Positions 1 to 13,464 are shown, counted from the first letter of the stretch. The stretch: DNA of 64,000 bases from Utricularia gibba (GCA_002189035.1 CM007992.1:1736001-1800000), one strand, 5' to 3'. Numbers and translations are program-made. Notes: generated by a model not told the origin, from the letters alone.

Positions 1-162
1 GTAGATGTTGCATGCATTGGATTCTCGATTGGAGCTATCAAAAGAACTGGAGAAAGGAAAAGTCTGCTGATAAAAAATCACATCCGTAGATATGAAGGAT
101 CGTAGTGTCTCAAGATTGTAGAGGCAACAATTCCCTGGAGTAAGTCTGCTCATAAAAAAACA

Positions 163-350
163 GAGTTGGATTTGGATATATTGTTGATCATGAAAATTTA
201 ACTCTTTTAGATAAGGAAAGGAACACTCATTTGTTAAATATTTAGTAAGCAAAGGAACACTCATTATAGAACCCATCCATCTGTCTGTTTGGGAAAAAAA
301 TATTTTATTCCGTATCAAATCCCAAGTATTTGATTGGTTCGTAAGATAAC
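163..350 (+). pseudogene. ycf1: NUPT fragment of plastid ycf1 (3' part), decayed
   Basis: Across frameshifts it reads ELDLDILLI..NLT...KGTLIIEPIHLSV..YQIPSI*LVRK, resembling ycf1 EMSLDIxLIQKDLTLTELxKKGILIIEPIRLS..YQTIGISLVHK. Internal duplication aaaggaacactcatt at 217-231 and 251-265. Boundaries approximate. Confidence 0.65.
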
Positions 351-358
351 CAAAATTA

Positions 359-618
359 TGATTGCAATACATAGTGTTGGGTTATTTACATAAAAGGCTG
401 GAGAAAATTGTAGAAAATGGGACAATTGTATCATATTTGTATTATGTAGCACGTTGGGATTATTTAGCTACTATGCTCAAGAAATCATAACCGTAAATGG
501 ATTCAAGCACCTTGGAAAAATTGAAGCACCTAAAAGAGATAGTTATATAAGAACAATTATGTTATAGTTAAGTCGTATCGTTTCACATTTATTATGGCTT
601 GAACCTTTTATGACAGAT
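359..618 (+). pseudogene. ndhH: NUPT fragment of plastid ndhH (5' part)
   Basis: ttgggttatttacataaaaggctggagaaaattgtagaaaat and cacgttgggattatttagctactatg correspond to LGYLHRGMEKIAEN and TRWDYLATM; agtcgtatcgtttcacatttattatggctt corresponds to SRIASHLLWL. Stops and indels present. Confidence 0.85.
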
Positions 619-966
619 CCTAACAAGATGCACATGAAGCATATTTATTTTAATACCAAACGAGTAATACTGATCTACAATATGGATGGATCGGCAAGTG
701 TTTGGATTTTTGTGATTATTTTTTAATTGAAATTACTGAATACCAAAAATTTATTATAAGGAATTCTATTTTTCTCTAAAACCATTATGATTGACACACA
801 AAAGCCATAACTTGGGGTTTATCAAGTCCAATGTTCTGTGCTTTTGGAATTGATAAACTAAAATAAATAAATTTTTGTAAAAATTAGATTTTCATATTAA
901 ATAAATTTATGAATTTAGTGCACATAATTTACAAGTCTAAATAACATGGATAGTTGCTTTCAAATT

Positions 967-2109
967 TGATGGTGATTCTACAAGTGTACATAAATAGTCG
1001 AAGTAATAAAATAAGATCGTATTCACATGAAATTGTTATTGAAATTTTCTTTTCAAACAAAGACTCAAAAAGACTCAAAACAAAAGAAAGATTTGGTTTT
1101 GAAAACAATAAGGAAAGTGACATTGGATCTAAGATCCACTTTACTTGAAACTCGTCCTTGCGTGTGTGCAAACCTTGAAGACTCACTTGCTTGCGCAAGC
1201 TCTAGGAGTGTTATTCTAAAGTAGTGCTACTCGGTGACCGTTATAGTACCGTCCCTTGTTTTGTGGGATTATGGAATCAACCATGCCACCAAAGCCATTT
1301 CACCTCTTGTGATAACTCATGTTTTCCCCACACTCAAATATAACCCCTATACCTCACACCTCGTAAACAGATTAGACAGAATGTGTCTTACCAACGATGT
1401 TCGATTGAGCCCTTCTCCTTAGGTGCTTGAGGCCAACCTTTGATTCTCTTACACTCCCTTCTGGTTATGTAAAGATCACGTTGGTAAAGAAAACGTTGCG
1501 AAAAACAGAATCAAACTTCAATTTAAATGTCGAAAAAAATAGTAAAACAGTCACACGGGCAGGACTTACGCAAGCAAGGCTTCACCGCAGATCCTCAGCC
1601 ACAAGCGCCTACACGCGCAGGCTTGACTCTAACATGAAAATAGACACGAAAATAGGAAAAGTACAAAGTAAAAGTGGTCAAAGACGTTTCTAATGGTTGA
1701 GAGGGTGGGGTATTTATAGGAGAGTCAATCCAAGTCTTCGTATTGAGCTTATTTGATGTGCTTGGATAAAATCTTCTATCCAAATCTTTTATTCAAATCT
1801 TCGAAGATCATCTTTATATCTCTATCGTATCCACGAATCTTGGACCAAATCTTCATCGGTTAACCGAGTCTTGGGTTGAGATTCGTGGTCCATCAAACCC
1901 ATAATTTGGTGGGTCTTGATTTTTCCTCAAATTGATCCAAAAGTACCTTAAAAATCCACAAAATACACTTTCTCTCTAAAAAGATAAAAATAGTGTGAAA
2001 GATGCAAAATCAATTGAAAATAATGAGAAAGTGAGGTCTAAAATAAGTAAAAACAACACTAAAGAGTAGTGGAAGAACATGTTTTGAAACGGCACAAAAT
2101 CACTTATCA
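967..2109 (-). mobile_element. Athila-type Ty3/gypsy solo LTR (1143 bp)
   Basis: TG...CA termini; the minus-strand start TGATAAGTG is Athila-like. Perfect 5-bp TSD AAATT at 962-966 and 2110-2114. No PBS or internal region adjacent. Confidence 0.85.
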
Positions 2110-2952
2110 AAATTGAACACACGAAATTGATGATTGTATTATAAATATTAATGCATATTTTAAATGAAATATTATTTCAAGTTTTGACTAAAATTAACAA
2201 CAATTGAAAAAAATAAAGTTTTAGTACAAAAATATCATAACTCTAAAAATCAACAAACACAATTTAGTGTTTGAGAGGGTTCTAGGGTAGTATGTTCATC
2301 TAAAAATTGAACATACTCTCTAAATAGCCTAAGTTTATTCAGATCATACTTTTGATTTTTTGATGCCTTTGAATCCCCTATATTACCTTACATTTAGATA
2401 TATCATTTCATAATATACATAAGATTAAATCTACCTGATTCTATTGATCTTTATTCAAGAAGCTCTATCTATTTATTCATATCTCAATTCTTTGGTCTAT
2501 ATCTAATTTAGATATACTACCCTTTTATTCTCCTAACTTAATTCTGATTTGCTAAGAAAAAATAGACAAACATACTATTAGTTCAATTCTTAACTAAATG
2601 AGCACACCCTCCCTTTTCTTCCTAGGGCATAATTACTATCTTACTCATGCTAAAACTGAGAAAATAACTTTAATAAATCACATAAAAAATATGTTCTTGG
2701 TAATAGCTTTGAAAATAAAAAAGACAAATAGAAAAGGAACATTTGAATCTTGGCAATGTCGAATAGTGAAGTACGCATATCGCAATAGTCTAGCTTAGAA
2801 TAGCTTGAATCCTAAAGTGTATAATTCAAAACTAAATCATTGATTTAGCTCATTTTTGTGCAAAAAAACATAAATTCTATTAAGACTCCCAAAACAATAA
2901 ATTTTAATAGATAACATATTCATTTTTTTTTGAAAATTGCTACAAAAATCAA

Positions 2953-3290
2953 GAATTGAATGGGATCTGCATAAAATGGATTATTATATGAGTATTTTAA
3001 TGAAACTGATTGGAAGATTCAATGGCAAAAATAATGGGATTCACTAGCCAAGTATTTAATAGGGCATCATCAAAATTATATAATAGGTGTTTGAAGTATT
3101 TTTAGGAAGCTCTATGAGAATTTACAAATCCAACACTTTGATAGAATAATAGACCTAAAATGTACTGATTCTGAATATTTATTTATTAGTAAAAAAATAT
3201 TTCAACTTTTTGATTGTTCAAACAATAACTTTATATAAAATCAAAGCATCAAATGGAGAATTGAAAATCTTTATGATAGGAGATTGAATA
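2953..3290 (+). pseudogene. ndhH: NUPT fragment of plastid ndhH (3' part)
   Basis: gaatgggatctgcataaaatggattatt corresponds to WDLRKVDHY; gattggaagattcaatggcaaaaa to DWEVQWQK; gattctgaatatttatttattagtaaaaaa to DFEYRFISKK; ggagaattg...ataggagat to GELGIFLIGD. Confidence 0.8.
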
Positions 3291-3865
3291 TCTTTTAGAA
3301 ACTATCAATTCAGATGTTCACTTATAGAAAGTAAATCCCAATTAGGATGGTAAATTCATAGAAATGTCACCAACTATTATAAAAATTTTGATTGCAGGTA
3401 TATTTTTATCCACAAATCAAATAACTAGCTATCGGATATGAGAAATTTTATGTTTTTGTTAATGTTCCTTTATAGAGAAAGGAGAATATAAGAAAGCAAT
3501 TAAAATCAAAACTATGGAATCGCAAACAACTTTTTTTAATTCATAACTATTTTTAGTTTTTATGAAGTTATTTTTTGTTATTAACGTCTAATTCTTTTGT
3601 ATATTGAAAACACAAAATTATAATTTGAATATTCATATGCTATTATCACTCGATAAAGTATTTTTTTATTCAAGAGTAAAACAAAGTTTTTTAAATAAAA
3701 GATGAGATAAATTCAGAAGTAAGTTATTTTATTTAAAATCTAATAGATAGATTATCATTGGTTGAATTCTAGGCTATAGAATAACAGTTTGATTCTCTAT
3801 CAATTCTACAAGCAAATAATGTGAATGATCCTTAGATTTGTTTTAACATATGAGGAGCTGCATGG

Positions 3866-4100
3866 CATGATTATCCAATAGTTAAAGTACAATTGATATA
3901 ATTGAAGATCAATCAAAATATATTTTTTGAGGATGGAATTTGTGGCGTCACACTTTAGGGTTTATCATTTTGTTTTAATTTCTTCTTTATGAGTATGACA
4001 TATCACCTTTTAACTTTCAGGAAGCTGAAGAAGAATTAGTAGCAAGTTATCAAACCGAATATTCAAGGATCAAATTTGTTTTATTTTACGTTGCTTCATA
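3866..4100 (+). pseudogene. ndhA: NUPT fragment: ndhA intron 3' end and first half of exon 2
   Basis: ggatggaatttgtggcgtca gives GWNLWR; gaagctgaagaagaattagtagcaagttatcaaaccgaatattca gives EAEEELVA(S/G)YQTEYS; tttgttttattttacgttgcttc gives F.LFYVAS. Confidence 0.9.
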
Positions 4101-4413
4101 TATTAGTATGAGAGGTTTAAAAAAAGCCTATGGTCATTTTTTGAGAGAATAAGTAATAGAGAGTAGTAGTAGAAACCCATGAACAACTCCATTAGAATTT
4201 CTAAGTTTTCTTCATGTTGGATTGTACTCAAGAATTTATTATTTCTTTTCATTTAATAAAAAAACTCATTCTTTTGATGTAAGAATACCTCGTTTTTCAT
4301 CGTGTTTCTTGGTTGCTATATCGTTATCTCATTTTTTCTGCTTTGCAATTTTTTGACACACTTAATATTATGAAAATTCACCTAAAACTAGAAACATATT
4401 TCATTGACCTGTA

Positions 4414-4645
4414 ACTTATATAAAGCTACTAATTTCTTCATTATTTTGAATAGTTATTTACTTGGGGGGTTGGAGTTTTTCTATTTCATACATGCTCATT
4501 GTCGAGTTTTTTGACATAAAGGAAGTGAAGTATTTGGAATACTAATCGGTATTTTTATTAGAATTAGCTAAATATATATGTTCTTACTTAGCTCAATTGT
4601 AACAAGATAGTATTCATCCAGGTTGAAAATGCATAGATTATTAAG
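4414..4645 (+). pseudogene. ndhA: NUPT fragment: ndhA exon 2, second half
   Basis: Resumes at LLISSLF..VIYLGGW; tttggaatactaatcggtatttttatt corresponds to FGTTIGIFI; acaagatag..ccaggttgaaaatg corresponds to TRW.LPRLRM. Separated from the first half by about 310 bp of unassigned DNA. Confidence 0.85.
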
Positions 4646-6239
4646 AGGATGCTCCACACATTTTTTTGAGTTCCTTCTTCAACCATGAGAATGTAAGTAT
4701 TATCATAACAATACATCATTCTTTTTTTTTCTTTATTTTAAAATTTTTTTTACTTCTTTCCCATCCACTCTCCTCCATTTAGAAAGCTATTCACACCTTC
4801 TTCCTTCTCATTTTGTTTTATTTCCAAAAATAATATATGAATTTAACTTTTTATCTATAATTTTTTCAATTCATTAAAGAAAAATCTGAACCCTATCGCA
4901 AAAAATTAACATCTTGATTCCCAAATCATGATTTTGATGTTCCTCTTATATTGGGTCTTTTGAGGCTAATCACATATATTATAAGTCATTCCAAAATAGC
5001 TAATCTTCTCAAATAATTTTGACATATTATTCTTTTCCTTGATTTATCATTCCAAAAATTCACAGGATATGTATGATGGATGAACATTTGTCTACTTGTG
5101 GGTTTATAAATCTTTCCCCATTAAAACATTTATATATAACTAAAATATTCTAATAGAAAATAAATATAATAGCCATAAATATAAGTAGATACATAAAGAG
5201 CAATGAGTTTTCAACTGTAACTTTTATTCAAAAGCCAAATTAAATAGGGTTTTATAGAAATTTGTAGGTGTTCGAGTCATTAAATAAAATATTTAAAATG
5301 CTGATAAAAAGAAAAAAAATTTCTAATTAAAATAGAGATATCATTAAGCAAAATCACTTACCAACAATTGCTCAGCATTTTTATTTAAGCAAACATGTTC
5401 TAATTTAAGGCTGACAAACACATTTTCAAGTTAAACGCTAACACAATTAATGCAATTTTAAAGGTAACATAGACAAACCCAACAAGGCAGATATATTGAA
5501 AAAATAGTTGCATAACTAACGTGTCTAATTAATGAAAGCGGTAAATAAAAGCATCAAAATGTTTTGGTTGGTCTTCTTTTTCAAACTCATCTTTAGCAAA
5601 AAGATTTTCTTTTTCATCATTCATGTTACCTTTTTGCCTTTCAAAATGCTCCTTTTTTGGACTGCTGCACAATATCAATACTCCAATTCTTAATCGTCCA
5701 CTTGTCACTTTCCTTCCTAAGATTTTAAGTGTTCAATTGCATGTAAAGCACCTTTCCCTAGACTATCGATTCTCAGTCCCTTCTAGATCCTTGATGAAGC
5801 TCTATCGCCTCTCCCCACCCCCTCACCCAGGAGTTCCTCCCTCCAACATCACACGTTCTTCTTGCATTCTCTTTGGTATTTCAACTTTTCACTAATACAT
5901 GTGCTTCTAATTTTATGCCTATCTATGGTATCAGATTAATCTGAAATTGAGGTATTTTAAGTTTTGCATGTGCACAAGTGTAGACCACATAATTTGGATT
6001 GTTTTACTCTTCTAAATCATAGATTTCAAAAATACATATTCTTTAAAACTTAAAAATCAATAGAAAGCATAAAATCAATGTCAAATGTTTTGCTTTAAGT
6101 ATCTAGTAATCTGTTTTCTGCATCAAAATTATTGTGATGAATTGCTAAAGTTTGATGATTTCTACATCTATCATTCTGATTTCTCCACAATTGCGTTTTT
6201 TGAATTCATTTTAGTTTTAAATATGAATGAATAAAGGAA

Positions 6240-8260
6240 AGCAAAAAACTAGAGTAACAAAGGGATCCAAGCGTAGTGCACAATGGGAAAATATAACCGG
6301 ATGACTTATAATATTCTTGAAAATATGTCTAGAACAATTTCTTTCTATCAATAGACCCACGAAGTCTTTTTAATAAAGATGTTGACATAAAATTTTAGAG
6401 AAGTTGAATCATAGATTGGGAACTACATATACAATGAAACAATTAAGAATAAGTGGCATGATCTCCATGCTATCTAGATGTTTTGGACCAGACTAAAGAA
6501 TTTGAAGGAAAATTATGGGATTCAACCAAAAATACAAACTTAGTTGATGATCTGTGATGGATGGAAAGGATCATGGTAATGCCATATTTTATATTCAAAG
6601 AGGTAATTTGGGGTTTCAACATTTTATTTCTAGACATGTTTTCAAAATTTCTTTGTCAATATGGAGGAAGAAGGTGAAAATGAATTCTATTTTTCTTTAA
6701 ATCTTGTTGAGGATTGTAGAGAAAATTAGAAAAATATATAGTGTAGAAAAAGTCATTGGAAAAATACCCAAGGTTGAGAAAGTGTTTGGAAATTATATGT
6801 TTTGTATATACATCAAAGTATTTGTAAGACAAACTTGTCAGTAAAACTAAAATATATTTATGTGTGAAAGGTCTATTTCATTTGTAAAAATACATGGTTT
6901 GCAATTAATTTTTTTCTTATCAAATATTTTTATATTATCAAATAACATATAGAAAACTTAGTATTGTACTATAATGAATTTAAATTTTTGATTATAAACT
7001 ATACATAATGAGGTGTAGCTTCATTATTGGGTTTCGATTATTTTTGAAGATTTTTTTGGATTTTATTATCCTATGGAGTGGGGTGTAGCATTCATGATTA
7101 TTGGATTTAAATTTGTTAAAGTTTTTCAATATTAGGTTTTATTTATGTTATATTAATAATTTTTTGAATTTTGTAGCATTCAAATTACAATCAGGGGTAG
7201 GGAGGAGAATATAGAATGCATCAATGGATTTAAGTTATTTCTTTATTCAATTTTTCAATAGCATTCAATTAAAATAGTATAATACAATTGACACACCTAT
7301 AAATGCAATAAATGTTTCCAGAATATATGTATTTTACTAACACTTTATTTACTTGAAAAATTTAACAACTCATATTTTTTAAATATGTAGTTTGCCAACC
7401 TAGCCATGAATTGTGTTTTACATCAAGTATTCTGTCCATGTTGACATCTGTCATTCTCTTAAAGTGAAAGATTGTCAACTAAAGTAGCAATTTGGGAATT
7501 GAGATGTGAAACATAATTATGTTGCTTTGATTATTGAATTCTTCATTTTTTATAAGGCTCCAAGCCCAAATTGATTAATAGGTAGTCTAACATCTTAAGT
7601 GATCAGCTGAGATATTTTTATTTGTCTCTTTGAAGCATGTAGGAATCCATCTTCTGAAATTCTTAGTAGCATAGTTGCTTTTTAACTATTTTTAGATGCG
7701 ATATCTTAGAAAATTCATGATGCCAGGAAGATCAGTGAAGAACCACCACCTTACAAGTAACTGCAATAGCAACTACTTGATGACATTATTGCATACTATC
7801 AAGATAGATTCACTGCAAGTTCAGGAACTATACCACCTAAAACTTATGAGGCAGAGGAAGAAATCAATGAAGAATTAGTTTTGGACGTCAAACTGATACC
7901 TTGTCTTGATGATTTATGTACTCCTCCAATGCAATAGACCTACACACATTTGAACGCGGAGAACAACAACAGTTCACATATTCAAAGAAGAAAGAAAGCA
8001 TATTCAAGTGACAATGATTTATTTGTGATTCCAATGATTACCATGTTAATTTGAAGGAGAAATGTGTTGTTTTCGAATTAATGTATAGTATCAAGGAAGG
8101 AAATCCTTCATGGTGCATTCCTCTTCATATGTTCACAAAATCAGTTCATCTTGAATTGTTTTTGTCTCTCAAGTGTGATGCAGGCTGTATCTTATGGCTG
8201 AAGAATCATTTAGCAAGTTGTCAATCTCTTTTGGCTTCTATAATTCCCTTAGAAGCCAGC
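6240..8260 (+). pseudogene. PIF/Harbinger ORF1-type Myb/SANT protein remnant
   Basis: 6240-6570 reads AQW..IFLKICLEQ..NRP..F...ILEKLNHRLGTTYTMKQL.NKW (Myb/SANT-like, PF12776 type). ORF 8051-8275 ends with the typical motif ELFLSLK..GCILWLK. Many stops; bounds approximate. Confidence 0.55.
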
Positions 8261-8374
8261 TTACTATTCAAGTAAAAAGTGCATTGGATTTATTGATGTT
8301 TTTATTAGTTTCATGTTGTTTAACCTTTTTAATGCTTGAATAGGAATGATGAACATTTAAAGTTCTATTTACAT

Positions 8375-8606
8375 GAGTGTTTTGCAAAATTTTTAAAACT
8401 TATTTTTACTTTTTAGAAATAAAAATATTTTTGTTCTATAACATTTTTAATTGTAAAATTAATTCTATCAAAAACACTTTTAAAATTATACTATAAAAAT
8501 TATTTTTGAAAAAAATAAGGAATTAATTACTTTTATTCTTATTTCTAGTTTTTCAAAATAATTTTAAAAAGTAAAAATAAGTTAAAATTTTTTTCCAAAA
8601 TACTGC
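8375..8606. mobile_element. AT-rich MITE-like inverted-repeat element (Tourist-like)
   Basis: gtgttttgcaaaatttttaaaacttatttttacttttta (8377-8415) is the near reverse complement of taaaaagtaaaaataagttaaaattttttccaaaatac (8566-8603). TTA follows on the right; the left TSD is not preserved. Confidence 0.5.
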
Positions 8607-8839
8607 TTACGTTTATTAGCTTCATGGATTGCACTAACTGCACAACACTCATTTTCTCAAATTAGTAATTCATTGGCCTGATCCACCGTGTCGGCAAATG
8701 TGATGATCAATCCAAACAATTACATTCTTCTTTACCCTTACAATTAAATGGGAAACTTCAAAGATTTCATCAAAGGTCTTTCAAATGTTTTTCTTGTAAT
8801 CAACATGATGATTTATTTAAAAAACATTCTTTAAAAAAA

Positions 8840-9310
8840 TACATTGGGGCAGTGCAGATTGCACTTAACCTCACAACCCCATTCTCTAAAATCAAAAATA
8901 TGACAACAAATGTGCATTGGTAGTGCCTTTCTATTTTTCTTAAAAAAAATTACAATGTGGCGCTTATGTTCTTTTCATTTAAAAATTAAAAATATTACAA
9001 GCACAGCAAATGTGCATTACAGTGCTTCTGTTTTTTATAAAAAAATAAAAATATCACAAACAATATGCTCGCCATTGATAGAAATCAATTATTTTTTTAA
9101 AAGTTGGGGGATTCTCTTAATTTAATAATATCACAAGCATTGCAAATATGCATTGGCGATGCTTGTTCATTTATAAAAAAAAAAATTGCAAGCACCACAA
9201 GGTGCTTATCCGTTTTTATAAAAAAAAAAAACTAAAAAACAACAAGTATCACAATCATGTGCTTTCAGTGCTTACTTGGAGTATTCTTAAAAAAAACATT
9301 GCACTATTTG
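8840..9310. repeat. Degenerate array of short palindromic units separated by T/A tracts
   Basis: Units such as caagcattgc-aaatatgcattg-gcgatgcttg, caagcacagcaaatgtgcattacagtgcttc and aagcacc-acaa-ggtgctt recur about five to six times, spaced by ttttt(a)taaaaaa tracts. Confidence 0.6.
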
Positions 9311-10065
9311 GACAAAATGTCATTTATATTGTTATGAATATGTTATATGTGCATTCTTACAATTAGAAGGATAGGAAGTAAAATGCAAAATGAAAAGAAG
9401 AGTAGAACACTGTCGAAATCTTTGGTGAACTTTTCTTATTTATTCCAGCTTTTTTCAGTATAAAGGATTAGACCTATTCTATGTTCCTAACCCCTAAAAA
9501 TAAGAGAATGTAAAAATATAAGAAAAACATTATTTATGGGCATTCGGATATTCTGTATCAAACTATACAAGATGGCAGGTACATTGGTCGAGGATTCCTA
9601 ATTGCCCTGTAACATAAGAATCGTTTACATGTAACTTTTGAAGGGTTACGAGGACTAATCCACTTTGAATGTGATAAATGTAAAAGCATTTCTTGTGAAG
9701 TCTGCACATATTTGTGAAGCATTTTTTATGGGGAATCAAAATAACCATAGTACTTTGTAATATATCTTTATCCCTTTTCTGAAAATCCATTAATCAACAT
9801 CAGATTACTAATTTTTCAGAAATCCAATAAATGACTCTCTACCTTTAATTACATCCATTTCTGAAAACTATTTTAATTATAAATATTCATAAAATTAGAA
9901 AACTTAAATTTTATTTAATGAAAAATGATAAAAATTTAAAATATTATATATAACACAAATTAAAACAATTAAAAATAACCAACACATGCAAAATTTTAAT
10001 TAAATTTTGTCCAAATATTTTCAATCGAATCTTTTTTTAAACATTCATCAATATTGGAATCATGC

Positions 10066-11476
10066 TGATAAACGGAAATTTTCCTAATATCGTTGCAAAT
10101 AAAAATAGAAAATCTATATCAAATAAATTTATAATCTCTAATCTACACAAAATACAAAATTGGAAAACTTGTATAGTGGATATCGGGGTCGATCACAAGG
10201 AGATGGTGCTTGTCAAGTGTTTTAGTGAGTGCATAATTCGGGATAACAGGAAGTCTTAGTTTAAGCTCGGACTAACAGTGGTAAACAAGTTCAATAAACA
10301 AGGTAGGTAAGCAATATCAGGTTTTTAAGCTACGGTAACAGGTACTGGTTTTGACTCAAACTAATACGAGGACGCCTTAAGGGTCTACGGGTGGTGTTAT
10401 GCTAAGCTTCCTAACTCAATTTATTATCTTCCTAAACTTACAACTTCAAATAACCTAAGTGTACCTAGGTCATTCATCATATTTTTGGCTTAAGCTAGTC
10501 CTCAATATCATAACCAACATTGCAATTAGGTCTACCCGCATGCAGAGCATATAGAACTAGGTGTACCCGGTTCTACTAGTTCTACCCTGGACTAACACCG
10601 ACTGCTCACGTCTTGGTTTGTTGGTCTACCTCTAAACCGAGCATCTAAGTTGTGAAACTACTTGTTTCCCTCCTTAGGTCTACCCATGGTTTGTTAGAAA
10701 CAAGAGTTAAGGAAGACAACTAAATTTCATCATCAACCTAAGCACATACCACTCCACTTCACCTTAAGGCATCCCTAAGACTCTAGCCACTCAAGCTTGG
10801 GAAATAAAGCATGATTTCATTCATGTAAGTTGACCAAAATGGCAAAAACATTGTAAACAAGTCAAATGCAGAAACTCTAAATGTTCAGAAAACGGAAAGT
10901 AGATAAAGATTGTTCTTCCGCCTGTTAGCTACTGTTACAGCCTGGAACAGTAGTGCTGGATTGGGCTCTAGAGCTGTTCTTGATGATGGAGGCCTTCCTT
11001 CCCCCTTCTGGTTGGTGTTTTTCCTGTTGGGGAAGAAGACCCCCTCTCCTCCCTTTTTGTTCGCCTCTTTGCGCTCTCCTTCATTTTCAAAATAATTTTC
11101 CCTTTTGCTTTACTCCATTGCACTGTTCTTGAATGCCAGTACTGTTTCTGACCGCCAGTACTGCTCCTGGCCTGAACTTGCAGATTGCGATGGCAGCAGA
11201 ACAATGCTCTTTGTCCTTCTCCAGATTTTGCGCCCTTTTTCGCTTGTTTTACACACTTGCAAGTCTGATTTTCGGCCCATCTCCCTGCTGAACTTACTAA
11301 AATATCAGTAACAAGAGTTGTGGACTAAATCAAAGGATTTAGTCCACTTTTCACATAATCACATGAGATTAACATGAACACCACTAAAACATGAAAAACC
11401 ACATTTATCTAACCTAAACCATAATAAAATATAACTATTTTGCATTATAAATTTCAGGAAAAAATGTGTGTCATCA
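10066..11476 (-). mobile_element. Athila-type solo LTR (1411 bp)
   Basis: TG...CA termini (TGATAA.../...TCATCA). TSD CATGC/CATAC (4 of 5 match). Contains gggtcgatcacaaggag, shared with the LTR family at 15128. Confidence 0.85.
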
Positions 11477-12849
11477 CATACGAATTGATCATTTTATCCA
11501 AATTACTTTACATATATTTCAATATTATAACAATAAATGATGATACAAAGTGTGATCAGTTAATATTTCAATATGGAAATAGGATGATAGATATACAAAA
11601 TTAAGTGGAGAAATAAAAGACAATAGCATATGAATATCATGAAACAAATAAAGTCAAGAAAAAAATTAAAAAATGAACAAAAGAATTTACATTAGGGAAT
11701 GTTAAGAAATCATGGACATAAATTAGGGTTGAAATCTAAAAAGATTGGGCTGGAATCATCAAATCGAGTAAACTAGGAATGGAATCTCGAATTGCATTAA
11801 TTAGTAATGAAATCATCAAATTGTATAAATTAGGGTTGAAGTTTGAAAAACTAAATGAATGGGAAGGAAAACTCAATTTCAATATACATTTAAGCAAAAA
11901 CTCCAGAAGCATCGAAAAACATCAGAAAAATGGTTGAAAAAAAATGAAAATAAATAGCAAATGCTGAGAAACATATCTGCTCACTTGTCATGCCTAACCC
12001 TGAAGAAAGATGAAGAAATGAAAAGAAACTCACATGTTGCACGTAATCTAGAAGAAACAAAAGTGAATATAGAAAAAAGGAAAAAAAAAAAAAAACAGGT
12101 CTGCATATGATAAAACAAATTTACACAATCATGTTACTATTTTTGGAAATGAGTAAAGATGTTCTAAGGATTCTTTTAGACTCATGAAAACCTTCTATGC
12201 TCCCTATCATTGGGTTTTAATAGTGAAGCCAATAAGTCGGAAAAAAGAATGATTCACCTAATTAGGATTCATTCTACCTAATATCAACTCGATGAGAATC
12301 AGATGGAGTTAGAGCTACATGGACATCCCACTGGGTCCAAGAGCTACATTGTGGGATTGACTAGTCACTACAAAAAAAAGTCATCTTCAATGAGGTAACC
12401 GTGCTTATTTAATGTTTTTGCAAGTTTTAATATTATTGGAGCATGGAAGCATGGACTGCTCAGATGGATTTTGGAGAAGACCCTTTAATGAGAAGTCTTT
12501 ATTTATTGTTGGAGCATGGAAGCTTGCCTTTCAAGTCCATGTTCTATGTTACAGAAGGAAAGACAACAGACCAACCACACCCCTATTACTCATGCTTTAG
12601 GCCATGCTTGGTACATTTGTGAAGGCTTTTTTATAAGCGACTTTTAATTAAAAGTGTGTTTGTAATTTAATGAATTTCTATATTCGCATCTATTGAAATA
12701 CATAATGTAGTGATTCAATTCCCTGATCATTCTCTATTTGTATTTGACAAATGCAAATTTATGTACAAAACAATAGATGGATATTGCAATTTTTTTTATG
12801 GCAAATTCACATGAGTTCTCCGTTCAGAAATCTAGGTAGGAATACAAAG

Positions 12850-13400
12850 ATTCGCAAGAAAACAAAATGTCTTTGAAACATTTGTAAACTTCATGAATCA
12901 ACTCAGCACTGCATAGAGATGGATAGCAGCAAGGTAAACTCAATTTTCATAAACTGGTCGAAATGCAAAATATCTTTTAAACATTACAATAAAACAAAAA
13001 ACTACATGAAACACCCATCAACAAAATGAGCAACAAACCTTAGGTGGCAGGTACCCAATAGGAAGCTTCCAATTTTAAAAAAGAAGCTAATTGTCTATAT
13101 CCATAATATTTTAAACCATAATTTCCTGCTTTAGGCCAGAAGAACTTAAAACATTCCAAAGTTGCAATATCTCGAAGTATAGCTTGGATAACCTTAAGCC
13201 GCTGCAATGTAGTAATTGGGAATGTAGAGCCATGCACCAAATCTGAAGCTTTTTTTTTCTTATCTTATATCTCTTGACTAGGTACAAGAAACTTGTTTCC
13301 CAGTTCAAGAACTGCAGAATTGGACTCTCTACTGAGTGGTCACAATTCAATAATGAGATCATCTACATCATTAGTAGCATACCTTCTTTTTTTCTAACCT
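12850..13400 (-). pseudogene. PIF/Harbinger DDE transposase remnant
   Basis: VHGSTFPI resembles IDGTHIPI; QAIL...CFKFFWP resembles QNIL...CFTFVWPG; YPSLCSAE resembles HSSLRSVIE, in the expected order. Heavily degraded. Confidence 0.45.
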
Positions 13401-13464
13401 TCTACACTTTGTGAATCATCACCTCTCTTTGAAGATGTTTGGTTTTCCATTGTATCATAATAAC

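Noticed and set aside
8840-9310. CRISPR-like look of the hairpin array
   Set aside because: Units are degenerate and uneven, spacers are low-complexity T/A tracts, there are no cas genes, and the DNA is eukaryotic.
9563-9790. Minus-strand reading (..SKWISPRNPSKVTCKRFLCY..) as a PIF transposase or GRF zinc finger
   Set aside because: It fits both families weakly and neither convincingly; left unassigned.
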